Counted from the first letter of the stretch, positions 1-11,138 are shown. The stretch: DNA of 56,588 nucleotides from Verrucomicrobiota bacterium (GCA_016280825.1 JAEEHL010000009.1:1-56588); one strand, 5' to 3'. The notes: generated by a model not told the origin, from the sequence alone. Numbers and translations: made by a program.

Positions 1-2
1 AC

Positions 3-497
3 AGCCAGATAATCTACGACGTCGACGCCGCGTTTCTCGCCGAGATTCCCGAGCGCCGCGCCAAGGGCCACTTCACCACGCACTACGTCTGCTGCGGGCC
101 GCTTGAGCCGAACACGTTCCTCGATTCCGAGTAGTACGAGGCGTTCTGGGTAGGGTACTATCCGGCGGCGGTCGGGCTCGACGGCTTCCTGCGCTGGGCC
201 TGGAACAGCTGGGGGCGCTTCCCCTGCGACGACGTCACTTTCGACGGGCGCGGCGCATGGAAGCAGGGCGACGTCTTTCTCGCCTATCCGGACGGATCCC
301 CGAGCTGGCGCTTCGTAAAGCTCAGGCAGGGCATCGTCGCGGCGGAAAAGACGCGCATCCTCCGTGAGCAGGGGCTTTTCACGAAGGAGCTCGACGAGGC
401 TGCAAAGGAGTTTGACTACGCCAAGCTCAAGCAGAAGAAGTCGACCTACAAGGCGCTTGCCGACAAGACCGCGGTGCTCGTGAACAGGGCGAAATGA
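3..497 (+). pseudogene. 3' part of a DUF4091-like glycoside-hydrolase paralog (5' end lies outside the window) with one in-frame TAG at 132-134
   Basis: The frame-3 translation (SQIIYDVD...[10 protein letters not shown]...[23 protein letters not shown]...) aligns colinearly with the C-terminal ~160 aa of the next ORF. The TAG aligns with a Glu codon of the paralog. The stop TGA at 495-497 overlaps the next ATG (ATGA). Confidence 0.55.
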
Positions 498-1969
498 AGT
501 TCCTCCTTGCAGTCGTCGCGGCAGCTGCCGCTTTCGTAGCGCAGGCATGGCCGCAGGACGTCTCGCTCTGGCGTGGCGAGACGCTCCACGTACACGTGAT
601 GGACGTAGTGGATCTGGGCCCCGCGCCTGCTCCGCTTTCCGTCCGCGAAGGATGCCTTAAGGAGGTTAGGTTCCGCCCCGACCGGCTGAAGTTCGTCTAT
701 GCGAGCGCGTCCGACAAGGTTGACTGGAACGGCTGGACCGAGGGCCCGAGAATCGTGGAGATATACGCTCCACCAGAAACGAAGGCCGGGGTATACAAGT
801 GCGGCGACCTGAACATAAGGGTCGTCGACCGCGTCCTGCCGCCGCCTTCGGAGTGGAAGTACGTGCTCGACCTCTGGCAGCATCCGTGGGCGATTGCGCG
901 CGCCCACAAGGTAAAGCCCTTTACGCCCGAGTACTACAAGGCCGCGCGCCCCGTGTACGAGACCCTTGCGACCGCAGGGCAGAAGTTCATCACCGCCACG
1001 ATAGTCGACCGCCCGTGGAACAGCCAGTGCTACGATGCATACGGCACGATGGTGCGCCACATAAAGCTCGCTGACGGCAAGTGGTGCTTCGACTACAAGG
1101 TCTTCGACGAATACGTGGAGTTTGCCAAAAGCTGCGGCATTGGCCCGTACATCGCCTGCTACACGCTCTGCACCTGGGGGAACGTCGTGCGATGGGAGGA
1201 CGAGAAGGGCGAGGAGCACTCCGCCGAGGCGCCGGCCGGGAGTGAGGCGTTCAGGGAGTACTGGGGCGACTTCCTCGTCGACTTCGCCGCGCACCTCAAG
1301 GCGAAGGGCTGGTTTGAGATCACCTACATCGCGATGGACGAGCGCAGCCCCGAGGAAGTGAAGGCGATTGCCGACTTCATGCGTGAGAAGGCCCCGGGAA
1401 TGAAGATGTCGATGGCCGGCAACCGCAAGCCGAGCGACTTCGACGGCATCAAGATCGACTGCTACAGCCAGATAATCTACGACGTGGACGAATCGCTCCT
1501 TGCGGCGGCGCAGGAGCGCCGCGCCAATGGGGAGATTACCACGTTCTACGTCTGCTCGGCGCCAGTGGAGCCCAACACGCACCTCACCTCGGGCGAGGAG
1601 GAGTCGTTCTGGGTAGGGTTCTATCCGGCGGCGGTCGGGCTCGACGGGTTCCTTCGCTGGGCGTGGAACTGCTGGGGGCGCGAGCCGTGGGGCGAGAAGC
1701 CACGAAACGACGTCACGGTCGACGTCCTGCGCGACAAGAACCAGGGCAACTTCTTCCTCTGCTATCCCGACGGTGCGCCGAGCTGGCGCTTCCTCAAGCT
1801 CAGGCAGGGCATCGTAGCGGCGGAGAAGGCGCGCATCCTCCGCAGTGAGGGGCTTTTCACGAAGGAGCTTGACGCGCTCAAGGCGGTTTTCGACTACAAG
1901 AACAAGAAGAGGCCGACGTTCAAGTCCGCCGCGGACAGGACGCGAACGCTGGTCAACAGGGAAAAATGA
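494..1969 (+). CDS. Secreted DUF4091-type glycoside hydrolase-like protein
   Basis: N-terminal signal peptide ([18 protein letters not shown]). C-terminal motifs [10 protein letters not shown] and [18 protein letters not shown] are typical of DUF4091 as I recall the family. Confidence 0.7.
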   Translation: MKFLLAVVAAAAAFVAQAWPQDVSLWRGETLHVHVMDVVDLGPAPAPLSVREGCLKEVRFRPDRLKFVYASASDKVDWNGWTEGPRIVEIYAPPETKAGVYKCGDLNIRVVDRVLPPPSEWKYVLDLWQHPWAIARAHKVKPFTPEYYKAARPVYETLATAGQKFITATIVDRPWNSQCYDAYGTMVRHIKLADGKWCFDYKVFDEYVEFAKSCGIGPYIACYTLCTWGNVVRWEDEKGEEHSAEAPAGSEAFREYWGDFLVDFAAHLKAKGWFEITYIAMDERSPEEVKAIADFMREKAPGMKMSMAGNRKPSDFDGIKIDCYSQIIYDVDESLLAAAQERRANGEITTFYVCSAPVEPNTHLTSGEEESFWVGFYPAAVGLDGFLRWAWNCWGREPWGEKPRNDVTVDVLRDKNQGNFFLCYPDGAPSWRFLKLRQGIVAAEKARILRSEGLFTKELDALKAVFDYKNKKRPTFKSAADRTRTLVNREK

Positions 1970-2006
1970 TAGCCCGCAGGGAATCTCAACGAAAGGGAAA
2001 TACAAG

Positions 2007-2504
2007 ATGAAAAAAGCTGTTCTGGACACGACACTGGGCACGATAACGCTCGAGCTCGACGACGAGAAGGCGCCGGAGACGGTGGCGAACTTCGTGCGCT
2101 ACGTGGAGTCGGGGCACTATGACGGCACGATCTTCCACCGGGTCATAGACGGCTTCATGGTGCAGGGCGGAGGCTTCACGAAGAACATGAGCCAGAAGCC
2201 GACGGGCGAGCCGATCCGCAACGAGGCGATGAACGGGCTGAAGAACAGGCGGGCCACGATCGCGATGGCCCGCACGATGGAAGTCGATTCCGCGACGAGC
2301 CAGTTCTTCATCAACCTTGTCGACAACGATTTCCTCGATTTCACCACGCCGACGCCGCAGGGCTTTGGCTACGCGGTGTTCGGCAAGGTCGTCGACGGCA
2401 TGGACGTAGTTGACAAAATCGCCAAGGTGAAGACGGGCAGCTACGGGCCTCACCAGAACGTTCCCGATGTCGCGGTCGTCATAAACAAGGCGGTCGTCGC
2501 GTGA
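2007..2504 (+). CDS. ppiB: Cyclophilin-type peptidyl-prolyl cis-trans isomerase
   Basis: Motifs [14 protein letters not shown] and SQFFINL are present. I use the internal ATG at 2007 of ORF 1845..2504; the upstream extension is Arg-rich junk that overlaps the previous gene. Confidence 0.9.
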   Translation: MKKAVLDTTLGTITLELDDEKAPETVANFVRYVESGHYDGTIFHRVIDGFMVQGGGFTKNMSQKPTGEPIRNEAMNGLKNRRATIAMARTMEVDSATSQFFINLVDNDFLDFTTPTPQGFGYAVFGKVVDGMDVVDKIAKVKTGSYGPHQNVPDVAVVINKAVVA

Positions 2505-2511
2505 TTTTTAC

Positions 2512-2540
2512 TTGCCAAATCGTCGTGAAAATCATATAAT
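2512..2540 (+). promoter_or_regulatory. Sigma70-like promoter TTGCCA-N17-TATAAT for the 2574 gene
   Basis: The -35 is at 2512-2517 and the -10 at 2535-2540. SD AAAGGAG (2561-2567) precedes the ATG at 2574. Confidence 0.5.
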
Positions 2541-2573
2541 AAGCATATTTGAAGACCCTCAAAGGAGAAAAAC

Positions 2574-3191
2574 ATGAAGAAACAGTTGATGGCGGCCTTG
2601 ATTGCGGTAGCGTTTGCCGGAGTAGCGGCGTCTGCGGAAAGCGGCAAGAAGGAAGAGAACCTTCTTGAAAAGCCGACAGGCAACCCGCTTGTGGAAATAG
2701 AGCAGGAGAACAAGGACGCTCCTGTCGCGGCGAAGAAGCGCGTGGCCATGTGGCCGGCGTGCTTTGCAGTGTTCGAGCTCCCGGAAACGCCGGACCTCGT
2801 CGGCCTCAGGATTGCGATACCATATTCCACGAAGCAGGAGTCTGTGACGGGCATCGACATCGGTCTCTGGGGCCGTTGCCAGAACTTCGAGGGGCTCGGC
2901 CTCAACATCATCCGCAACGACGTGCATGAGCGCTTCGCCGGCATCCAGGCAGGCCTCTACAACTCCGTAGGCTTCAGCTGCCTGGGAGGCATCCAGATAG
3001 GCGCGTGGAACGAGGCCTACTCCCTCAACGGCCTTCAGGTTGGCATCGTCAACATAGCTGGAGACGCCTTCGGCTTCCAGTTTGGCGTGATCAACCGCTG
3101 CGAGACGATGAACGGCTTCCAGGTAGGCGCGATCAACATCATCCGCGACGCCGAGATACCGTTCTGCCCGGTCATAAACGTCGGCTTCTGA
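2574..3191 (+). CDS. Secreted repeat protein with five G-x-Q-x-G-x-x-N repeats
   Basis: Signal peptide MKKQLMAALIAVAFAGVAASA. Repeats are GIQAGLYN, GIQIGAWN, GLQVGIVN, GFQFGVIN and GFQVGAIN, spaced about 14-15 aa. They resemble surface-repeat families such as the Leptospira LA_2272 type (from memory, unverified). Confidence 0.6.
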   Translation: MKKQLMAALIAVAFAGVAASAESGKKEENLLEKPTGNPLVEIEQENKDAPVAAKKRVAMWPACFAVFELPETPDLVGLRIAIPYSTKQESVTGIDIGLWGRCQNFEGLGLNIIRNDVHERFAGIQAGLYNSVGFSCLGGIQIGAWNEAYSLNGLQVGIVNIAGDAFGFQFGVINRCETMNGFQVGAINIIRDAEIPFCPVINVGF

Positions 3192-3197
3192 CGGCAG

Positions 3198-4391
3198 ATG
3201 AACATTCGCGCATTTGCGGCCCTGAGGCCGAACGAGAAGGACGCCGCGCTTGTCGCGGCGGTTCCTTATGATGTCGTCGACACCGCCGAGGCGAAGGTGC
3301 TCGCCGCGGGCAACCCGAAGAGTTTTCTACACGTCTCGCGCCCGGAGATCGACCTCCCCGACGGCACTGACTGTTCGTCGCCGGAGGCGTACTCGCAGGC
3401 GAGAAGGGCTCTTGACTCTCTCGTCTCGGGCGGCACGCTTGTGCGCGACGAAAGGCCCGGCTTCTACGCATACCGACAGACGATGGGCACGCACGTGCAG
3501 ACGGGCATTGTCGCGACGTTCGACACGAAGGACTATCTTTCCGGCACCCTGAAGCAGCACGAGAAGACTCGCAAGGACAAGGAAGACGACCGCACACGCC
3601 ACATCGAGACCCTTGGTGCGCATACTGGGCCTGCGTTCCTCACCTACCGCGACGACGCGGCGATCGACGCCATCGTGGCCGACGCCTGCCGCCGCGAGCC
3701 GCTCTACGACTTCACCGCGCCCGACGGAATCCGCCACAGCGTGTGGAAGATCGCCTCGGCGAGCGAGTGCGCCGCGGACGAGCTTGTCGAGCTCTTTGCG
3801 CGCATCCCCGTAGCCTACATCGCCGACGGCCACCATCGCAGCGCGGCCGCAGCCCGATATGCGGCGGAGAGGAACTTCGAGGGCGAGAGCCGGTACTTCC
3901 TCGCAGTCATCTTCCCTGCAAGCCAGCTGAAGATTCTCCCCTACAACAGGCTCGTTGCCGATCTTAACGGACTTTCCGACTACGAGTTCATGTCGGCGGT
4001 TTCGTCGTCCTTCAAGATAGGCGAGAGGGGCGAGCGCAACTGCAGGATGTACTTCCGCGGCAAGTGGCTTGACCTTTCCTGGTCGATTCCGCCTGGCAGC
4101 GACGCGGTTTCCGCGCTCGACGTGTCGTACCTGCAGGAACGTCTCCTTGCACCGGTTCTTGGAATCGCCGACCCGCGCACGGACAGGCGCATTTCCTTCA
4201 TGGGCGGCATTCGCCCGGATTCGGAGCTCAAGGCGAACGTCGATTCGGGCAAGTTCGCCGTGGCGTTCTCGATGGAGGGCGTGACCGTCGGCGAGATGAT
4301 GGCAATAGCCGACGCTGGCGCGATAATGCCGCCCAAGTCAACGTGGTTCGAGCCAAAGCTTCGAAGCGGGCTCTTCGTGCATACGGTGTAG
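3198..4391 (+). CDS. DUF1015 family protein
   Basis: N-terminus FAALRP...AAVPYDVV and the HEKTRKDKEDDRTRHI motif are characteristic of DUF1015. Confidence 0.8.
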   Translation: MNIRAFAALRPNEKDAALVAAVPYDVVDTAEAKVLAAGNPKSFLHVSRPEIDLPDGTDCSSPEAYSQARRALDSLVSGGTLVRDERPGFYAYRQTMGTHVQTGIVATFDTKDYLSGTLKQHEKTRKDKEDDRTRHIETLGAHTGPAFLTYRDDAAIDAIVADACRREPLYDFTAPDGIRHSVWKIASASECAADELVELFARIPVAYIADGHHRSAAAARYAAERNFEGESRYFLAVIFPASQLKILPYNRLVADLNGLSDYEFMSAVSSSFKIGERGERNCRMYFRGKWLDLSWSIPPGSDAVSALDVSYLQERLLAPVLGIADPRTDRRISFMGGIRPDSELKANVDSGKFAVAFSMEGVTVGEMMAIADAGAIMPPKSTWFEPKLRSGLFVHTV

Positions 4392-4864
4392 TGGCCGGCA
4401 TCCCCGAGTACTGGCGGCGGCTCAAGGCGAAAATGGTGCGCGAGCCACTCCCGCCCGAGGACATCGCGGCGGGCTGGGCGCTCGGGATGTTCATAGGATG
4501 CTCGGTGCCGTTTGGGATGCAGCTCGTCATTTCCATCCCGCTTGCGATGATGATGCGCGTCTCAAAGGTGGGCGCGACGCTCGGCACCTTCATAACGAAC
4601 CCCGTCACCATCTTCTTCATCTACCCGGCGCAGACGTTCGTCGTGAACAAGATCCTCTTCGGGGGCTCTCTTACGTACTCGAGGCTTGCCGAGACGGAGT
4701 GGACGTGGGCTGCGGTGAGAAAGCTCGGCGCGGAGGCGATGGCGTCGTTCTTCCTCGGGGGCTTCTTCCTCGCAATACTCCTTACGCCTATCACGTATTT
4801 TGCCGTCAGGAGGCTTGTCGTCGCACACCGCAGCAGAAAGGGGAAAGACAATGTCAAGACGTGA
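4391..4864 (+). CDS. DUF2062 family membrane protein
   Basis: [24 protein letters not shown]...TNPVT matches the DUF2062 pattern. I prefer the GTG at 4391, directly after the upstream stop. The ATGs at 4343 and 4433 are alternatives. Confidence 0.65.
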   Translation: MAGIPEYWRRLKAKMVREPLPPEDIAAGWALGMFIGCSVPFGMQLVISIPLAMMMRVSKVGATLGTFITNPVTIFFIYPAQTFVVNKILFGGSLTYSRLAETEWTWAAVRKLGAEAMASFFLGGFFLAILLTPITYFAVRRLVVAHRSRKGKDNVKT

Positions 4865-5306
4865 GCTAAAGGCCCTTGGTAACTCTGTCGTGATACCTTC
4901 GGGCTACGACCCGTCCGTTCTGGAGGCGTTCGAGAACCGGCATCCGGGTCGCGACTACTGGGTGACGTTCACCGCGCCGGAATTCACTACCCTCTGCCCG
5001 AAGACCGGACAGCCCGACTTTGCGACGCTTACCATACGCTACATCCCGTCTAGGCTGCTAGTCGAGTCGAAGTCGCTGAAGCTATACCTGTTCTCGTTCC
5101 GCAATCACGGGGACTTCCACGAAGACGTTGTGAACGTCATATATGACGACATCTTCAGGCTATTGAAGCCGAAGTACCTTGAGGTGTTCGGCAAGTTCGC
5201 GGCAAGAGGCGGCATAACAATCGACCCCTTCGTAAACGGGGGTACGGGGGCGAAGTACCGCAGGCTCGCTGAATCGCGCTTCAGCGCATGGAACGGAGTG
5301 CGGTGA
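4851..5306 (+). CDS. queF: NADPH-dependent 7-cyano-7-deazaguanine reductase (preQ1 synthesis)
   Basis: Motifs [12 protein letters not shown] and [21 protein letters not shown] use the internal ATG at 4851 of ORF 4800..5306. Confidence 0.9.
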   Translation: MSRRELKALGNSVVIPSGYDPSVLEAFENRHPGRDYWVTFTAPEFTTLCPKTGQPDFATLTIRYIPSRLLVESKSLKLYLFSFRNHGDFHEDVVNVIYDDIFRLLKPKYLEVFGKFAARGGITIDPFVNGGTGAKYRRLAESRFSAWNGVR

Positions 5307-6769
5307 AGAATACTTTTCCCAAGAGGCCAATCCTGGGAAGCGCGTGCGCGATTCTTCTCCTTGCCTCGCTTTCCTTCTGTGGCTGCAGGTGGATGAAGGC
5401 GGCGGACAGGGCCAAGGACGAAGTCGCCGCGCTCGCCACCGGGCAGGAAGCCGAGTTCTGCGTGCCCGGCCATCTTAAGGGCGCGCCGCTTTCCGAGCTT
5501 GTGGACTTTGCGCTTGAGACGAGGCCGGAGGTTGCCTCCGCCATCCTTTCCGTCGAGGACGCGCGCCTTGCGCTTCTGCAGATTGCCGCGGACGCGCCGC
5601 TTTTCGGGCGAAACGGCCTTTCCGCGAACTCGCTCGAAGTCGGCCTTTCCGTCTCGCGCAACGCAAGCTCGGCCGCGGCAGACAGCGTGGGCGATCTCAA
5701 GTGGCGCACGCACGGCAGTGCGTCGGCAGCTCTTTCGCTCGACCTCCTTCTCTGGGACGCAGGGCGCAACGACGCGCGCGCCTCCGCGCAGGTGGAGCGC
5801 GTCATCGCGGCGGAGATGCAGCTTTTGTCCACGCGCTACAGCGTCTTTCTCGACGTCTCCGGGGCGTACTTCGACCTTCTCGAGAAGCGCGCTCTTCTCT
5901 GCGTCTCGCTCACGAACGAGACTGTCCACGCCGTCCACCTCGAACAGGCCGAGAGGCGCCTTGAGGCGGGGGAGGCGAACAAGCTCGACGTGCTGAGGGC
6001 GCGCCTCGACGCGGCAAAGGCCCGCGAAGGCGTGGTGAACGCGAAGAACGCCGTCCTTACATGCGAGGCGAAGATGCTTTTCTCCCTTGGCCTCGACTCT
6101 TCGCGCTGCTCGTGCGACGACGTCATTGGCGCCGGGACGAACGCGCTCGACTTTGTGACGATGGGGATATCGCCTTCCACGGAAGGGATGGACGAGATGT
6201 TCGCCTTCGCACGCACGAACTCGCCCGCGCTCGCCCTGAGCCGCGCCCGCCTCAGGGCCGCGATGGCCGACGTAGACTTCGCCAAGGCCGATCTCCTGCC
6301 GAGCGTCTCGGCTTCAGCCTCGCTCAACTGGACTGACCCGAAGTGGCTCTGGAAGTGGGGCCTGAGCGGCGTCTGGTCGCTTTTCGAGGGCTTCGGCAAG
6401 ACGCGTGCGCTCGAGCGCGCCGTGACCGCGATGCGCTCCGCCGCGGCAGACACGGAAAGGGCGGAGCAGTCGCTTTCGTCCGACCTCGAAATCGCCCTCT
6501 GCACGCGCGACAACGCGACTGAGGCGATGAAGTCGGCAGGCGACTCGTACGAGCGCGCGAAGGAGAACATGCGGCAGGTTTCGGAGATGTTCGCAATAGG
6601 CGAGGCGAACCGCGTCGATTTCACCACTGCCGCCGCAGACTGCGCCGAGGCGCTCGGCTCGCGCATATCCGCGTTCTACGCCGGCCAGCGGGCTGAGGCG
6701 GCGATTTCAGCCATTGTCGGCGAGATGCCGCGGTTCGAGGCGAAAACCCTGAAGGAGGATGAACTGTGA
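5288..6769 (+). CDS. TolC/NodT-family outer membrane efflux lipoprotein
   Basis: Lipobox-like LSFCGC. It has the two-repeat coiled architecture typical of outer membrane factors and lies directly upstream of macAB-like genes. An alternative GTG start at 5303 would form a GTGA overlap with the queF stop. Confidence 0.75.
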   Translation: MERSAVKNTFPKRPILGSACAILLLASLSFCGCRWMKAADRAKDEVAALATGQEAEFCVPGHLKGAPLSELVDFALETRPEVASAILSVEDARLALLQIAADAPLFGRNGLSANSLEVGLSVSRNASSAAADSVGDLKWRTHGSASAALSLDLLLWDAGRNDARASAQVERVIAAEMQLLSTRYSVFLDVSGAYFDLLEKRALLCVSLTNETVHAVHLEQAERRLEAGEANKLDVLRARLDAAKAREGVVNAKNAVLTCEAKMLFSLGLDSSRCSCDDVIGAGTNALDFVTMGISPSTEGMDEMFAFARTNSPALALSRARLRAAMADVDFAKADLLPSVSASASLNWTDPKWLWKWGLSGVWSLFEGFGKTRALERAVTAMRSAAADTERAEQSLSSDLEIALCTRDNATEAMKSAGDSYERAKENMRQVSEMFAIGEANRVDFTTAAADCAEALGSRISAFYAGQRAEAAISAIVGEMPRFEAKTLKEDEL

Positions 6770-7965
6770 AGAGGACATGTGTTCTTCTGTCGGCGCTTGC
6801 AGCCGCGATTCTCTGCGGATGCACGGACAAGATCTCCCAGCAAGGCGGCGAGAAGCGCGCGTTCAGGTTTGCGCCGGTCGTGAAGTCCGACGTGGTGAGG
6901 ACGGTCGAGGCGACAGGCACCGTGACGCCGCGCAACTCGCCGAACGGCATCCCCGTCGGCGCGCAGGTGAACGGCAAGATACTTAAGCTCTTCGTCGACT
7001 ACAATTCCGTCGTCACGAACGGGCAGGTCGTCGCCCTCATCGACCCGCAGGTGTACGAGGCGACGTACAAGAGCGCGGTAGCGCAGCTCAAGACCGCCCG
7101 TGCGCGGCTCGTCCTCGCGGAAAAGACGCTTGCCCGCAAGAAGGCGCTTCGTGCGAAGGACCTCTGCTCCGAGGCAGACCTCGATGCCGCAATCGAGGGG
7201 CGCGACACCGCCGCCGCCTCCGTTGACCAGTGCGAGGCCTCTGCCGACCAGGCGAAGGCGAACCTCGACTACTGCACCATCCGCTCGCCCGTGAACGGCG
7301 TCGTTCTAGACCGCAAGGTGGAGGAGGGCGAGACGGTGGTTTCCTCGATGAACGCCGTGCCAGTCCTCACGATCGCCGAGGACCTTCGCACCGTCTGGGT
7401 GCAGGCGACCGTGCCAGAGGCCGACGTCGGCAACATCAAGGTGGGGCAGACTGTGACGTTCACGGCTGACGCCTACCGGCGCAGGTTCACGGGCAAGGTG
7501 AGGCAGATACGCCTTGCCGCGACGACTACGGCGCACGTCGTCACGTACCCCATAATCATCGAGGCGGAGAACCCGGACGAGATGCTCTTCCCCGGGATGA
7601 CGGCGACCCTCTCCATCGAGACGGCGCGCGCGGAGGACGTGCCTGTCGTCTCCGCCGCGGCATTCAGGTTCAGACCGAAGGATTCGGAGCGCATCCCTGG
7701 CGAGATGCCGCGCGGGCGGAAGATTTGGCTTCCCGGCGACGACGGGCTTCTCGTCCCGAGGGTTGTGGAGACTGGCGTCACCGACGACAGCTTCGTGGAG
7801 CTCGTTGGCTGCGAGGACCTCGTCGGGCGCGAGGTCGTGGCCGGCTACGAGACTCCCGCGAGGGCGAAGATGCCGGCAGGGCAGGACGAGACCACGAACC
7901 CGTTCATGCCGAAGCGCCCGCGCCGCGGTGCGCAGGGAACGGCGCCGGAGCCGAAGAAGCGGTAA
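6766..7965 (+). CDS. macA: Efflux periplasmic adaptor (HlyD/MacA family) lipoprotein
   Basis: Lipobox AILCGC, then a coiled-coil hairpin plus barrel-sandwich pattern. The GTG start forms a GTGA overlap with the upstream stop. Confidence 0.75.
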   Translation: MKRTCVLLSALAAAILCGCTDKISQQGGEKRAFRFAPVVKSDVVRTVEATGTVTPRNSPNGIPVGAQVNGKILKLFVDYNSVVTNGQVVALIDPQVYEATYKSAVAQLKTARARLVLAEKTLARKKALRAKDLCSEADLDAAIEGRDTAAASVDQCEASADQAKANLDYCTIRSPVNGVVLDRKVEEGETVVSSMNAVPVLTIAEDLRTVWVQATVPEADVGNIKVGQTVTFTADAYRRRFTGKVRQIRLAATTTAHVVTYPIIIEAENPDEMLFPGMTATLSIETARAEDVPVVSAAAFRFRPKDSERIPGEMPRGRKIWLPGDDGLLVPRVVETGVTDDSFVELVGCEDLVGREVVAGYETPARAKMPAGQDETTNPFMPKRPRRGAQGTAPEPKKR

Positions 7966-7969
7966 GCCG

Positions 7970-8659
7970 ATGGGCCACCTCATAGAGATACGCGACATGT
8001 ACAAGATATATGCACAGGGCGAAGAGCCCGTGCATGCGCTTGACGGCGTTTCCGTGACGGTGGACACCGGCGAGTTCGTCGCGATAATGGGCGCGTCGGG
8101 GTCGGGCAAGTCGACGCTTCTCAACATCCTCGGCTGCCTCGACACGCCTACGAGAGGGTCGTACCTCCTTGACGGCATAGAGGTGGCGAGGAGAAGCCGC
8201 AGGGAGCTTGCGTCGATCCGCAACAAGAAGCTCGGCTTCGTTTTCCAGAACTTCAACCTCCTGCCGAGGATGTCGGCGGTGGAGCAGGTGGAGCTGCCGG
8301 ACCTCTACCTCGGGCGCCTTTCGCGCCATGCGCGCAGGGCGAGGGCGAAGGAGCTCCTGGCGCGCGTCGGCCTCGGCTCGCGCGGCAGCCATTCGCCCGC
8401 GGAGCTTTCGGGCGGCCAGCAGCAGCGCGTCGCGATAGCGAGGGCGCTCATGAACGAGCCGCCCGTCCTCTTCGCCGACGAGCCGACAGGCAACCTCGAC
8501 ACGAAGAGCTCGGTCGAGATAATGGAGCTTTTTACGCAGCTCTCGGCGGAGGGCATAACGATCGTGATGGTGACGCACGAAGACGACATCGCCGCGTACG
8601 CGCGCCGCCATCTCGTGATGAAGGACGGAAAGCTCGTTAAGGACGTGACGACGCCGTGA
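7970..8659 (+). CDS. ABC transporter ATP-binding protein (MacB/LolD family)
   Basis: Walker [10 protein letters not shown], signature LSGGQQQRV and Walker B LFADEPT. I use the internal ATG at 7970 of ORF 7763..8659. Confidence 0.9.
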   Translation: MGHLIEIRDMYKIYAQGEEPVHALDGVSVTVDTGEFVAIMGASGSGKSTLLNILGCLDTPTRGSYLLDGIEVARRSRRELASIRNKKLGFVFQNFNLLPRMSAVEQVELPDLYLGRLSRHARRARAKELLARVGLGSRGSHSPAELSGGQQQRVAIARALMNEPPVLFADEPTGNLDTKSSVEIMELFTQLSAEGITIVMVTHEDDIAAYARRHLVMKDGKLVKDVTTP

Positions 8660-9885
8660 ACTTCCTCATGATACTCAAGGTCTCGGTGCTCGCGATACTG
8701 CGCAACAAGATGCGCAGCTTCCTTACCTGCATAGGCATAATCGTGGGCATAGCGGCGGTCATATCCGTCCTTGCGATAGGCAAGGGCGCCTCCACGATGA
8801 TGGTGAAGGAGATCTCGTCGATGGGCAACAACCTCGTCATGATCTGGCCCGAGCGCAACAGGCGCGGCGAGGTGAGGACGGGCATGGGCTCCGGCCAGAC
8901 GATGACGGCCGACGACGCCGAGGCGATCAAGCGCGAACTCGGGCACCTCGTGAGCTCCGTCTCGCCCACGATAAACGTCTCCTGCCAGCTCATACGCGAC
9001 AACCGCAACTGGAACGGAAGGGTGAGCGGCGTGAGCTACGACTTCCCCGAGATCCGCAACTGGGACGTCTCCTCCGGCAGGTTCTTCGAGGAGCACGAGC
9101 AGCGCTCATGCGCGCGCGTCTGCGTGCTCGGGAACACCGTCAAGGTAAACCTCTACGGCGACGACGAAGACCCGGTCGGGACCATCCTGCGCATAGGGGC
9201 GATGCCGTTCAGGGTGATAGGAGTCCTCTCCCCGAAGGGCGCGACGGGCTGGGGGCAGGACCAGGACGACATAGTGATGACGCCGTACACAACCGCCGGG
9301 CGCGTGCTGCAGCGCTCGAGGTTCAGGGCGATAAACATGATGAACGTCTCGCTCATCTCGATGGACGACCTCGACGAGGCGAAGCGCGAGATAACGGCGC
9401 TCCTCAGGCAGAGGCACAAGCTCGCCGACTACCAGGACAACGACTTCGACACGCGCGACACGACGGAGATAATGAACACGATAGGCTCTGTGACGGGGCT
9501 CATGACGGTGCTCCTCACGGCGGTCGCGGCGATTTCGCTTCTCGTTGGCGGCATAGGCATAATGAACATAATGCTTGTCTCCGTGACGGAGAGGATAAAG
9601 GAGATCGGCCTTCGCATGGCCATCGGCGCGACGCCCGCGGCGATACTCTGGCAGTTCATACTCGAGGCGATGGTGCTTTCCACGGTGGGCGGCGCGGTGG
9701 GCGTCGCCGCGGGGGTCGGCGTCGCGCACGCGATAGGCGAACTCCAGCACTGGCCCATAGTGGTCGAGACCTCGTCCGCCGCATGGTCGTTCGTCTTTTC
9801 GTCGTTCGTGGGGATGTTCTTCGGCTTCTACCCCGCGTACCGCGCGTCGAAGCTGAACCCGATTGACTGCCTGCGCTACGAATAG
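8656..9885 (+). CDS. ABC transporter permease (MacB/FtsX type with periplasmic domain)
   Basis: N-terminal TM, a large periplasmic domain, then three C-terminal TMs with the [14 protein letters not shown] motif. GTGA overlap with the ATPase gene. Confidence 0.85.
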   Translation: MNFLMILKVSVLAILRNKMRSFLTCIGIIVGIAAVISVLAIGKGASTMMVKEISSMGNNLVMIWPERNRRGEVRTGMGSGQTMTADDAEAIKRELGHLVSSVSPTINVSCQLIRDNRNWNGRVSGVSYDFPEIRNWDVSSGRFFEEHEQRSCARVCVLGNTVKVNLYGDDEDPVGTILRIGAMPFRVIGVLSPKGATGWGQDQDDIVMTPYTTAGRVLQRSRFRAINMMNVSLISMDDLDEAKREITALLRQRHKLADYQDNDFDTRDTTEIMNTIGSVTGLMTVLLTAVAAISLLVGGIGIMNIMLVSVTERIKEIGLRMAIGATPAAILWQFILEAMVLSTVGGAVGVAAGVGVAHAIGELQHWPIVVETSSAAWSFVFSSFVGMFFGFYPAYRASKLNPIDCLRYE

Positions 9886-9898
9886 GGAAGGGGGAAAG

Positions 9899-10939
9899 GT
9901 GGACGGAAATCGCGAAAACTACATGGCCGCCGAGCGCCTCATAAAGGGGGCGAAGCGCGTTCTCGTCTCCGGCCACTTGAGCCCCGACGGCGATTCGCTC
10001 GGCAGCATGATAGCGATGGCGCGGCTCCTGCGCGGCGCGGGCCTCCAGGCGTTCGCCACGGCGGACCTCAATGCGCTCGGCAAGCCCGGCTTCCTCGAGG
10101 GCGTAAAGGACATCGTCCCCTTGAGGAAGCTCAAGAAGATGAGGTTCGACCTCTTTGTCGCCGTCGACTGCGGCGCGTTCGAGCGGATGCCGCCAGAGGT
10201 GAGGCCCGTCGCGGAGAAGCTGCCCAAGATATGCATCGACCACCACCTCACCCACGAGGAGTTCGCCGACGTCTCGATTGTCGACACCGAGGCCTCGAGC
10301 GCGGGCGAGCTCGTCTGGCGGTTCGCGAAGTGGATGGACTGGAAGCTCGACACCGCCTGCGCGGAGGCGCTGTGGGTCGCGATGATAACGGATTCCGGGC
10401 GCTTCGCGTACGACTCCACCTCTCCGCGCACGCTCCGCGCGGCAGGCGACCTCCTGAAGCACGGCGTGAGGACGGCGTACATAAACGACGTCATCTACGG
10501 CTCTTTCTCTCGCAAGGCCATCGAATTGAAGCGCCTCGCGTGGCGTTCGCTCAAGGTGTGGAAGAACAGAAAGGTCGCCGAAGTAACCCTGACGCGCGAC
10601 GACTTCCGCGCCGTCCGCGGCACAAAGGCGGACGCAGAGGACATAATAGAGATTCCGCGTTCCGTGGCGAGGAACGAGATTGCGCTTTTCTTCTACCAGA
10701 TACCAGACCGCACGAAGGAGGTTCGCTGCTCGATAAGGACGCGCGGCGACTGGGACGCGACGGCCCTTGCGGCGAAGTTCGGCGGGGGCGGACACAGGAA
10801 GGCCGCCGGATGCACGATCAAGGCGTCGATGGGCGCTGCGAAGCGTCAGATGCGGACGGCGGTGAGGGAGCTATTGAAAAGCGCCTGCAGGAAGACGATG
10901 AAGATTCCCCCGATTGTAATCGAGCCCAAGGCTCCCTAA
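9899..10939 (+). CDS. nrnA: DHH/DHHA1 oligoribonuclease / pAp phosphatase NrnA-like
   Basis: Motifs HLSPDGDSLGS, VDCG, IDHH and GGGGHRKAAG. I prefer the GTG at 9899 (preceded by GGGGGAAAG); the ATG at 9923 is the alternative. Confidence 0.8.
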   Translation: MDGNRENYMAAERLIKGAKRVLVSGHLSPDGDSLGSMIAMARLLRGAGLQAFATADLNALGKPGFLEGVKDIVPLRKLKKMRFDLFVAVDCGAFERMPPEVRPVAEKLPKICIDHHLTHEEFADVSIVDTEASSAGELVWRFAKWMDWKLDTACAEALWVAMITDSGRFAYDSTSPRTLRAAGDLLKHGVRTAYINDVIYGSFSRKAIELKRLAWRSLKVWKNRKVAEVTLTRDDFRAVRGTKADAEDIIEIPRSVARNEIALFFYQIPDRTKEVRCSIRTRGDWDATALAAKFGGGGHRKAAGCTIKASMGAAKRQMRTAVRELLKSACRKTMKIPPIVIEPKAP

Positions 10940-11065
10940 TCGGCGGCATGGCGTCGCTTCCGCCTCGCACTGCTTTTCTTCACGTTCTCGTTCTACACGG
11001 CTAATAATTTTTAGCCACTGCGCTCTCTGCTTCTCTGCACCTCTGCGTGAGACAACTTTGAACTA

Positions 11066-11113
11066 CCTAACCACCAAACCATCTCACCACCTAACCACCG
11101 CACCACCTAACTA
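11066..11113 (+). repeat. Six tandem 8-nt units (cctaacca ccaaacca tctcacca cctaacca ccgcacca cctaacta)
   Basis: Read directly from the sequence. The last unit ends 27-28 nt upstream of TATAAT at 11142. Confidence 0.85.
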
Positions 11114-11138
11114 AATTGCTGAAACTGCCGCGGAAATT

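Noticed and set aside
446-2041. 531-aa minus-strand ORF antisense to the DUF4091 gene. Similar long antisense or off-frame ORFs are 7306..8256, 9656..10795, 18522..19673, 20654..21484, 35946..37172, 36446..38311, 45438..47537, 46061..47938 and 50245..52092.
   Set aside because: They are extremely Arg/Ala/Gly/Pro-rich with no recognisable motifs. Each lies opposite or out of frame to an ORF with clear family signatures. This is the usual open-frame artefact of high-GC DNA.
11066-11113. Octamer arrays considered as a CRISPR array or telomere-like repeat.
   Set aside because: The units are 8 nt, contiguous and without spacers. No cas genes are present. The context is the interior of an ordinary chromosome.
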